From NCBI GenBank assembly GCA_038046645.1, contig JBBSVU010000014.1, positions 67,606-80,367 of the forward strand: a stretch of 12,762 bases of DNA, written 5' to 3'. This document shows, in pieces, positions 1 to 6,792 of the stretch. The translations under genes and the position numbers were made by a program. The notes under the pieces are model-generated. The model did not search any database. It had not been told where the DNA came from and was given only the letters and a program-made list of their open reading frames with translations. This DNA comes from an archaeon. GTDB lineage: Archaea > Iainarchaeota > Iainarchaeia > Iainarchaeales > 0-14-0-20-34-12. The stretch's first letter is position 1. Every line of letters starts with the position of its first letter.

Positions 1-38
1 AGTCTTAAAAATAAAGATCTTGTATAACGCTGAGGGCA

Positions 39-707
39 TTACTTCAAATGCCTTCCAATCTTAATTGCTGCATGCCTTTCATGGCCGCGGAATAAATGAT
101 GGGTTATAAATTTCTCAATCCCTGCTGCTGGCTTTTTCACTATTATTGGAATTCTGACATGTCTTGGGCCATATGTTCTGGCTATTTCAGGATTTGAATG
201 AAGAATTGGATCATGCGGGGAATAAAACTCAACCAATCTGCAATTTTCAGGCACATGAATTCCTTCTGAAAGTTGTCTAAAGCGATCACGTTCCAAATCC
301 CATCCACTGCTAAGTCTTTTAAGAAGAGGATTTCCCTCAGGAACTTCTGATCCGCCTGAATGAACCCCACCAATGGTGAAAACTTTGAATTGTGTTCCCA
401 CGTGTTCGGCTAATTCCCGCAGATTACTTTTCAGCAAAAAAGCACCTAAAGAATGGCCTATAAAAATGGGTTTTTTACCTTTAAAATCAATTTTTCTTAA
501 TCTCTCAAGAAGATTTTTTCTTCTCACTTCCAAATCAGTGACATTCCATAACTCTTTTGGATGATTCATTTCAACAACCTGATAACCTCTTTTTTTAGCA
601 TCGTGGATTAGCTGCCTTAAAAGAGTTGCATCCCTGGCAGTTGATTGATCTGAATGGACAGTAGACAATTTGAAAGGAGGGACAAAAATCGCAATTTTAT
701 CAGGCAT
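39..707 (-). CDS. Alpha/beta-fold hydrolase (lipase/esterase-like), 222 aa
   Basis: GHSLG nucleophile elbow (GxSxG) after a hydrophobic strand (PIFIGHSLG). Candidate catalytic Asp in FYSPHDPIL and His in ITHHLF. N-terminal strand IAIFVPPF sits at the oxyanion-hole position. Confidence 0.75.
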   Translation of the reverse strand: MPDKIAIFVPPFKLSTVHSDQSTARDATLLRQLIHDAKKRGYQVVEMNHPKELWNVTDLEVRRKNLLERLRKIDFKGKKPIFIGHSLGAFLLKSNLRELAEHVGTQFKVFTIGGVHSGGSEVPEGNPLLKRLSSGWDLERDRFRQLSEGIHVPENCRLVEFYSPHDPILHSNPEIARTYGPRHVRIPIIVKKPAAGIEKFITHHLFRGHERHAAIKIGRHLK

Positions 708-800
708 ATATAAACAGCAAACAAAAAGAATAAAAAATGAGGATTTCCTATTTTGAAGAAAACATTAATTTTTTAACTAGGTTTATCCTTTAAGTCAAAT

Positions 801-1439
801 ATGCCGGGCAGATTAAGGAATTTGGGTAGAAAATTACTTGCAAAATTAAGACCTACGGGCCCTAGAAAAGCAACTGCTCCAATAATATCAGAAACTGCGG
901 TTGTAGAACGCTCCTCTAAAGGAACTAAGGTAATGAGCGAACCGAGAAGAAGGGAAATTATTGGCCACCTCACTACATTGAATGCCGTCGATGCATCGCT
1001 TGCAAGCGCTGCTGTGAAATTGTGGGATGACGCAGTAGCAAGAAGGGAAGAAATCCACAGGACACCAAAAACGTTAGAAATAATTAAATTAGGGGAAGGA
1101 CTTCAACAAACAGTTGTTTTAAAGCACCCTGACACTAAACACATACTTGCAGAGTTGCTAGTTAATGAAATAAAAGAATATTCAAAAGGGGATGAAAAAA
1201 GAACCTATATTACATTAGAGCCAAGGAATGCCCCTGGCATGGGCAGTTTTTCTATCCATTGTGAAGAAACCCCTCAAGGTTTAGTATCTAAGCCATTTGG
1301 CCGTTCATATACAAAATTTCCCCTTAGGAAAGAGGTTTCAAGATTTCAGGGGCATTTTGTAGTAAATTATGAGCAAACTTCAAAAGGAAAGAAACCGGTT
1401 GTTTATTTTATAAACTTTGGGTATTTGAGCTGCAAATAA
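801..1439 (+). CDS. Hypothetical protein, 212 aa, with basic N-terminus
   Basis: Long ATG-started ORF filling the gap between neighbours, with an AT-rich TATA-like stretch about 25-35 nt upstream. No recognisable family motif. Confidence 0.7.
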   Translation: MPGRLRNLGRKLLAKLRPTGPRKATAPIISETAVVERSSKGTKVMSEPRRREIIGHLTTLNAVDASLASAAVKLWDDAVARREEIHRTPKTLEIIKLGEGLQQTVVLKHPDTKHILAELLVNEIKEYSKGDEKRTYITLEPRNAPGMGSFSIHCEETPQGLVSKPFGRSYTKFPLRKEVSRFQGHFVVNYEQTSKGKKPVVYFINFGYLSCK

Positions 1440-1465
1440 AATTAATTGCCGGAAGTTACATCAAT

Positions 1466-1780
1466 CTACTTTTTTGCAGCCCTAAATAAAAGATCAATTA
1501 TGCAAGCCAGCAAATAAACATAAATTAAAACAACAGGCAGATTTAGGAACTCTAATCCAAATAAGGATAATATCATAGTAACCGGCAGCACTATATACAT
1601 CACAAAAGGCCAAATAGGAATTTTATCTATAAAATCATACAAAAAAGGCTTGGGGGAACATTCCTGGCAGAACACCCATGACTGCACTATTGCGAGATAG
1701 CAAAGCACAAGGAAAACTGCAGAGATGAATAATTTTAATTTGCTTGGTTTTAGGAAATTCTTTAATTTATTAAAAGTCAT
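1466..1780 (-). CDS. Small integral membrane protein (about 3 TM) with a CxxC loop
   Basis: Three hydrophobic segments (LFISAVFLVLCYLAIV; IWPFVMYIVLPVTMILSLFG; LPVVLIYVYLLACIIDLL), Lys-rich N- and C-termini, and FCQECSP after TM1. Confidence 0.75.
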   Translation of the reverse strand: MTFNKLKNFLKPSKLKLFISAVFLVLCYLAIVQSWVFCQECSPKPFLYDFIDKIPIWPFVMYIVLPVTMILSLFGLEFLNLPVVLIYVYLLACIIDLLFRAAKK

Positions 1781-1806
1781 ATACTAAAGATAAAGAAGAC
1801 AATATT

Positions 1807-1814
1807 TTTATTAA
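1807..1814. promoter_or_regulatory. Probable shared bidirectional TATA box
   Basis: TTTATTAA (+) / TTAATAAA (-) in the middle of a 56-bp divergent gap, 22 nt before ATG 1837 and 26 nt before ATG 1780. Confidence 0.5.
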
Positions 1815-1836
1815 CAAATTGGTACACAGATAGGAT

Positions 1837-2454
1837 ATGAATCCATTAAAAGCGCTGAGAAGGATATTGCCAAAGAGGAAACACGGAACAGTATCTTTAG
1901 TCGAAGGAGCTTCTGCGCATAGTGAAATGAGTGCGAAACAGAGAAGGCTTGCTGAAAAAGCATGGAAGCGAGGAGACACTTCTTTTTCATATGTTGTTCA
2001 TCCCATAAGAAAGTTCATAGAAATAAAAAGAGCAAACTATGGAAATATTCCTAAATTAAAAGAACTGCTTGATGAAGCAAGGGCTTTGTCACAAAGGCTA
2101 AAATTACCGCTAAGGGGAACATTTTTCGGGGTTATTAGATCAAAGGGCTCAGAACCAGCCATTGCATATGATATAGATTTGAGAAGAAATAGGTTTGGAG
2201 TAAATGAGTTAAATTTGAGAGACAAACATACGTTGTATGCTGATTTAAGAATTGTTGAGGAAACTACAAGACTACTTGGTTTAAAACATGCAGAATATAC
2301 TTATCAAACATCAGAAGTAATTGGAAATGGCACATTAGAACATGTAACTGAATTGGATTTGCCACAAGGCTGGAAAATGACAAAAAGGGCTGAAGTAGGG
2401 TCAAGAGGCGGTGTGCGCAAAACATATCAATTGTATAAAGAATTGTACTTGTAA
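1837..2454 (+). CDS. Hypothetical protein, 205 aa; C-terminal half resembles a degenerate GNAT fold
   Basis: LRIVEETTRLLGLKHAEYT and LPQGWKMTKR...YQLYKEL match the GNAT C-terminal pattern by eye, but there is no R/Q-x-x-G-x-G/A motif A. The ORF is well supported; the fold call is tentative. Confidence 0.6.
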   Translation: MNPLKALRRILPKRKHGTVSLVEGASAHSEMSAKQRRLAEKAWKRGDTSFSYVVHPIRKFIEIKRANYGNIPKLKELLDEARALSQRLKLPLRGTFFGVIRSKGSEPAIAYDIDLRRNRFGVNELNLRDKHTLYADLRIVEETTRLLGLKHAEYTYQTSEVIGNGTLEHVTELDLPQGWKMTKRAEVGSRGGVRKTYQLYKELYL

Positions 2455-2519
2455 CTTAACACTAATTTTTATCTCTTTACAGTCTTCCACAAGGCATTAA
2501 ATTGATTCAAATCAGCAGA

Positions 2520-3797
2520 TTACTCTTTTTTACCCAAAATAACCTCAATCGCCTTGTCAACTTCATCCTCTTCCAAAAGTTTGAAAATGCGGTGGACATC
2601 AAATGCATTATTGAAATCTGTTTTTTTCAGATTGTCATCAAGCATATCCAACCCCAAAGAAATAGCTGATTTTTTTGAGTTATGTAATTCCCCTAAATTC
2701 TTCAATTTTGTTTTTAGGTCATCCATGCCAGAAAAATTCCTGTCAATTGCAATAACTGCTTTTTCTGCAAAATCCTCAGCCAAGGATTCTTCAGAAATAT
2801 CCGCTTGGTTTAAACCAGAAGATAAAGACCCTAAAAGTTTCAGCTTAATGAGCGGTTTTTTTGCAAATTTCTTTCCGGATAAAATCTCAGTTAATGCTTT
2901 GTTGATTTCATCCTTCAATTTTTGCAGGTTGGCTTCCTTAAACTGCAATTTTTTATAGAAAAATTCCCTTTGCTCGGGAATTTCTTTAAAAGAAACCTGT
3001 TTTGTTTTTGTATCATAGAAGTAAACAGCCTTCTTTTTTGTTGATTCCAAATGTTTCATTTGGGTCAGAACAGTGGAACCTGGAAGCAGGAAATGTTTTC
3101 CTGTTTCCTTATCATCCAACTCATTGCTCCAGTGCAAATGCCCATCAATTATCAGGTCAAAACCAGCAGGAAGGTCTGAAATAGAAACGCTTGCTATCAT
3201 ATCATCATCAAAGGGCAAGAATTCCTTTATGGATTGGTGCAGGATAAAGAGGTTAACTGCATTTGACACGGGTTGGGGATTCAAAAAGCGGAGCACATCT
3301 AATGCTTTTTTTTCTGGCACTCCCCCAAAACCTTGGATTGCAACTTTCTCGTTGCCCTTTTCTGCAAAAATCTGAGAACCATGCAGATAGGTAACAAACC
3401 CAGAGGCTTCTAAAAGATGGATTACATTTTTGTAATCCTTTCCTGCATATTCATGAGTGCCGTGGATTGCAATTACTGGAATTCCTGAAAATGTGAGCGG
3501 TTCTTCTGAATCCTTTTTCTTTCTGTGCAGAGCAATTTCATTTCTTGCTTCTGATTTTATTTCGATTTTTGTTTCTGGTTTTTTATGGTGTTTTGCTAAG
3601 GATAAAATATCAAATGCTTCGAGCAAGGTTTCATATTTTGGGATTGATTCATCAAACAAATCTCCTGGCAGAATAATAAGGTCAGGATTTTCAGATATTG
3701 CTAAAATCATGGCTTTTTTTGCATTATCAAAAGCGTCTGTTTCTCTGCCTTTGGGGGAAAATCCCAAATGCAAATCTGAAAATATCGCAATCTTCAT
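2520..3797 (-). CDS. mre11: DNA double-strand break repair nuclease Mre11 (SbcD-like metallophosphoesterase)
   Basis: Phosphoesterase motifs SDLHLG, GDLFD, HGTHE (GNHD equivalent), LHQ and GHLH, then PGS and a capping domain with KPLIKLKLLG; 425 aa. Confidence 0.92.
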   Translation of the reverse strand: MKIAIFSDLHLGFSPKGRETDAFDNAKKAMILAISENPDLIILPGDLFDESIPKYETLLEAFDILSLAKHHKKPETKIEIKSEARNEIALHRKKKDSEEPLTFSGIPVIAIHGTHEYAGKDYKNVIHLLEASGFVTYLHGSQIFAEKGNEKVAIQGFGGVPEKKALDVLRFLNPQPVSNAVNLFILHQSIKEFLPFDDDMIASVSISDLPAGFDLIIDGHLHWSNELDDKETGKHFLLPGSTVLTQMKHLESTKKKAVYFYDTKTKQVSFKEIPEQREFFYKKLQFKEANLQKLKDEINKALTEILSGKKFAKKPLIKLKLLGSLSSGLNQADISEESLAEDFAEKAVIAIDRNFSGMDDLKTKLKNLGELHNSKKSAISLGLDMLDDNLKKTDFNNAFDVHRIFKLLEEDEVDKAIEVILGKKE

Positions 3798-4483
3798 GGC
3801 AATACCCTTGGATTGTCAATATATGGATTTGCTTCAAGCCTTTTGTTGAATTCTTTTACATAAAGGGGAAGATGATGCACTGAATCAATAATGTTTTCTG
3901 GCGATAATCCTTCATTAATGAAATCATCCTTCCGGGTATAGCCTGTTAAAACTCCGACAAAATGGATTCTTGCGTGATAAGCAGCCTTAAAATCATTCAA
4001 AGAATCGCCTGTGTATAATAATTCTTCTTTTTTTATGCCTGAGGAATGCAATTTGTGCAATACCTGGTCAAAAGACCTTGGGTCTGGTTTATGGATATGC
4101 TCAGCGCAACAAACAACCAGATCAAAATATTGCGCTATGTTGTGTTTTTCAAGAAGGATATTAGCGGAATGCGCTTCCCTTGTTGTTAGGATTCCTAAAA
4201 CCAAATTTTGGGATTTTAAAGCAGTTAGAATATGGTCTGCCCCTGCTATTAAGGGATATCTTGCAATATTATTGCCATAGGTTTCACTGAACTTTTCAAA
4301 TGGAATTGAAGGCCATAATGCTTGAATAAGTTTCTTCCAGGGCAAGCCATAATGCTTGAAAAATTCATGCTCTGGCGGCATTTCTAATCCCAATGCCTGT
4401 GTTGTTTCCAGATGATTTCTGTAAGCTTCTTCATATGTCGCAATTAAAGTATCATCCAGATCAAAGAAAACAGATTTAATCAT
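3794..4483 (-). CDS. HAD-superfamily hydrolase (subfamily IA, phosphoglycolate phosphatase/nucleotidase-like)
   Basis: Motif I FDLDDTL, motif II ILTT, motif III KPDP and motif IV GDSLND. GGTGA Shine-Dalgarno at 4495-4491. Stop overlaps the mre11 start (ATGA, 3797-3794). Confidence 0.92.
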   Translation of the reverse strand: MIKSVFFDLDDTLIATYEEAYRNHLETTQALGLEMPPEHEFFKHYGLPWKKLIQALWPSIPFEKFSETYGNNIARYPLIAGADHILTALKSQNLVLGILTTREAHSANILLEKHNIAQYFDLVVCCAEHIHKPDPRSFDQVLHKLHSSGIKKEELLYTGDSLNDFKAAYHARIHFVGVLTGYTRKDDFINEGLSPENIIDSVHHLPLYVKEFNKRLEANPYIDNPRVLP

Positions 4484-4520
4484 TTAATCTTCACCATTTA
4501 GCCTGTGTTTGCAAAAATAA

Positions 4521-5411
4521 CTAATCATTAAAAATCATCCTTCTTAATTCTAAAATTTTCCCTTCAGGCATGAATAATAATGGCCTGAAAACGGGTAAAA
4601 ACATATCTCTGTCCTGCTCACCAATTTTCTTTAAATCCAAATCCCTGGAAGAATCAACCAATGCAGCCATTTTCTGGTTTTTTGGGTCTGTGTTTTTGAT
4701 TAAGTCAAAATCAAAGGATTTTATTTTTTGATAGGAATTGAATTTCAGCACAGGGCCAAAAAAATTCTCGGGCAATGGTTCTTTTATTATGCAGTAAATA
4801 CTGCAGCCTCTTTTTAGCATGCATAATGCAGCAAGTAAATCGTCTTCCGCATTATTGCACAAAATACCTACATGCCCTTCTACTCCGACAGGCAGACCAT
4901 TGTAACCATTGGATTCAGAAGAATAAAGGTAGAAAGCATTGTCCCTTATTTCTATGAAGATTTCTTTGTCTGGATTTTTCAAATTAACTTTTAATCCTTT
5001 TATTTCTTTGAGGATTTTTTCCCCAGCTCCCTGATTTATTTGCTGCGAGGAATATTTATGGTTGCCAACACGGTTGCATCTAACTGCAAAACTATCCCCC
5101 CCTCTTAATTTTGTCCTTGCAAACGTAAGGGTTTTGCTGTAAATGTTTTTTGGAATTGCATCATCATATTTTTTTGCGATTGCAATAGAATGCAGGCCAA
5201 ACACACTTTTCAGGACAGATATTGTTTTTTCAGGATCTTGGCAGGAAAGGAAGATTCTCCCATAAGCCCTTTTTAATTCAAAACCGGTTATTGAATTATT
5301 CTGCAGGCTAAGCCTTATGTTGTTCATAAGCGTAGCATAAAAACGGTTTTGCACAGGCTTGCTTTTTAATGAAATCTCGCCTGCTAACTTCAAAAGAAGT
5401 ATCTTGTCCAT
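4521..5411 (-). CDS. thiI: ThiI-like THUMP-domain tRNA-binding protein with degenerate, shortened PP-loop domain
   Basis: N-terminal GEISLKS, FGLHS, THUMP (SFAVRCNRVG, VNLKNPD..IFIEIR), GLPVG, MLKRG and PVFRPL are all ThiI hallmarks, but SGGxDS is replaced by CNNAEDD. Confidence 0.82.
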   Translation of the reverse strand: MDKILLLKLAGEISLKSKPVQNRFYATLMNNIRLSLQNNSITGFELKRAYGRIFLSCQDPEKTISVLKSVFGLHSIAIAKKYDDAIPKNIYSKTLTFARTKLRGGDSFAVRCNRVGNHKYSSQQINQGAGEKILKEIKGLKVNLKNPDKEIFIEIRDNAFYLYSSESNGYNGLPVGVEGHVGILCNNAEDDLLAALCMLKRGCSIYCIIKEPLPENFFGPVLKFNSYQKIKSFDFDLIKNTDPKNQKMAALVDSSRDLDLKKIGEQDRDMFLPVFRPLLFMPEGKILELRRMIFND

Positions 5412-5456
5412 AAAGGAAAATAGGCTGAAAAAGGAATAAAAAGAAGCGGGTTAAGC

Positions 5457-6383
5457 CTATGCTCTCCCCACTAATTTTAGCATCAATGCATTCTGCGCAT
5501 GCATCCTGTTTTCCGCCTCGTCAAAGGCCATTGATTGCTTTGAGTTAATGACATAATCATCAACCTCATAGCCATAATGTGCAGGCAGGCAATGCAGAAT
5601 CTTTACATTTAAGCCTTCTATTAATTTTTTGTTCAGCTGATATGGCATGAAAGTTTTTATCCTGCGTTCTTTTTCTGCTGCAAATGCAGGATCATTGAAT
5701 TTTTCCATATTTACCCAGGTATCTGTTACTAAAACATCGGCATCTTTTGCTGCTTTTTTCGGATCCTTTGATTCAGTAAATAGTCCTGTACCTTTAACCA
5801 TTTTATTTAATTCTGGATCGATAGCATCTTGGTCCCATTCTGCCACACATAAATTGAATTTTGCCCCAAGCTTTGTTGCTGCCAGCATCAGGGAATTGCT
5901 TACATTGTTTGCAATCCCTAACCAAACAATATTCAATCCTGAAAATTTTCCAAAATGTTCTTTTATAGTCATCATGTCTGCAAGGGCTTGGCAAGGATGG
6001 TACTTTTCACAACAGCCGTTTATTACAGGAACACTTGATGCTTCAGCTATTTTTACTAGAACTGAATTTTTCAACGGGCGCATCATGATTAAATCAGCAT
6101 ATCTTGAAATGCATCTAGCTTCATCCCCGATTTCTGCTTTATCAAATTGCGTTGTGCTGGAATCAACAAATATTGCATGCCCACCTAAGCGGGTCATGCC
6201 TGCCTCAAAAGATAATCGCGTACGGGTGGATGTTTTCTGGAAAAGCATTGCTAGTGTTTTATTCTCCATTGATTTTGAATATTTTTCCGAGTTTTTCTTT
6301 AATCTGATGCCTAAGTCAATTATATCCTCAATCTCTTTTTTTGAAAAATCTTTCAGTTCAATAACATGCCTTGGTTTAGCCAT
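5457..6383 (-). CDS. argF: Ornithine carbamoyltransferase (308 aa from ATG 6383)
   Basis: KTSTRTRLSFE carbamoyl-phosphate motif, HPCQALAD, HCLP and EAENRMHAQ. Start moved to ATG 6383 because a GGGAGTGA Shine-Dalgarno (6396-6389) precedes it. Confidence 0.9.
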   Translation of the reverse strand: MAKPRHVIELKDFSKKEIEDIIDLGIRLKKNSEKYSKSMENKTLAMLFQKTSTRTRLSFEAGMTRLGGHAIFVDSSTTQFDKAEIGDEARCISRYADLIMMRPLKNSVLVKIAEASSVPVINGCCEKYHPCQALADMMTIKEHFGKFSGLNIVWLGIANNVSNSLMLAATKLGAKFNLCVAEWDQDAIDPELNKMVKGTGLFTESKDPKKAAKDADVLVTDTWVNMEKFNDPAFAAEKERRIKTFMPYQLNKKLIEGLNVKILHCLPAHYGYEVDDYVINSKQSMAFDEAENRMHAQNALMLKLVGRA

Positions 6384-6493
6384 AAAAATCACTCCCAATT
6401 AATAAATGTCCAAATCTCTTTGGAACCAAAGTATTTTTCTTCCTTTTGAATAAAACAAAAGGTTTTAATTCGTTCTTTCTCTTTCTTTTTAAT

Positions 6494-6557
6494 GCAGCAA
6501 AAGTTCTTTTTCTTTTGGTGCAACTAGATTTTCTTTTTCTTAGGAAGAAAAAGAAAA
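6494..6557 (+). repeat. Two consecutive inverted repeats upstream of tRNA-Cys
   Basis: GCAGCAAAAG (6494-6503)/CTTTTGGTGC (6512-6521), 9 of 10 paired. Perfect 13-bp TTTTCTTTTTCTT (6529-6541)-AGG-AAGAAAAAGAAAA (6545-6557). Confidence 0.7.
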
Positions 6558-6563
6558 GATGGT

Positions 6564-6661
6564 GCGGGATTGGCAGAACGGCCATGCACTCGCCTGCAGT
6601 GCTCTACAAAAAGGGCAAGCGCAGCTAGCGAGCCAAGGGAGTTCAACTCTCTCATCCCGCT
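6564..6661 (+). tRNA. tRNA-Cys(GCA) with a 27-nt intron at 37/38
   Basis: Acceptor stem GCGGGAT (6564-6570)/ATCCCGC (6654-6660). D arm GCA..TGC. Anticodon stem CTCGC (6589-6593)/GCGAG (6628-6632), anticodon GCA (6596-6598). T arm GGGAG-TTCAACT-CTCTC. Discriminator U (6661), a Cys identity element. CCA not encoded. Confidence 0.95.
6600..6626 (+). other. Archaeal tRNA intron, canonical bulge-helix-bulge
   Basis: Central 4-bp helix CTGC (6594-6597)/GCAG (6621-6624), 3-nt bulges AG|T (6598-6600) and CT|A (6625-6627), outer helix GCT (6601-6603)/AGC (6618-6620). Confidence 0.92.
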
Positions 6662-6722
6662 AATATAAATCCACTAAATTTCAAGCATTTTTTAAATGGT
6701 AATTTTCTGGAAATTTACTGTC

Positions 6723-6786
6723 TGTCAAAAACCGCCAGTAAAAAACTAGCCGCACATTAGATTCATCCATAACAAGGTTTTTGACA
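6723..6786. repeat. 11-bp perfect inverted repeat with 42-nt spacer
   Basis: TGTCAAAAACC (6723-6733) and GGTTTTTGACA (6776-6786). Confidence 0.65.
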
Positions 6787-6792
6787 AATAAT

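Noticed and set aside
2554..4280. Several 60-134 aa plus-strand ORFs opposite mre11 and HAD
   Set aside because: Antisense shadows of conserved genes.
6384..6398. Upstream start for argF given by the ORF track (313 aa)
   Set aside because: The extension is non-ATG and contains the SD itself; ATG 6383 is the better start.
5647..6402. 251-aa antisense ORF opposite argF
   Set aside because: Shadow of a conserved gene, with no recognisable motif.
6376..6628. Short ORFs 6376-6585 (-) and 6446-6628 (+)
   Set aside because: Low-complexity K/R/F translations of purine/pyrimidine tracts that overlap the tRNA gene.
6564..6661. Reading the tRNA as a long-variable-arm, selenocysteine or suppressor tRNA
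   Set aside because: The extra 27 nt lie in the anticodon loop and form a perfect BHB; removing them leaves an ordinary tRNA-Cys(GCA).
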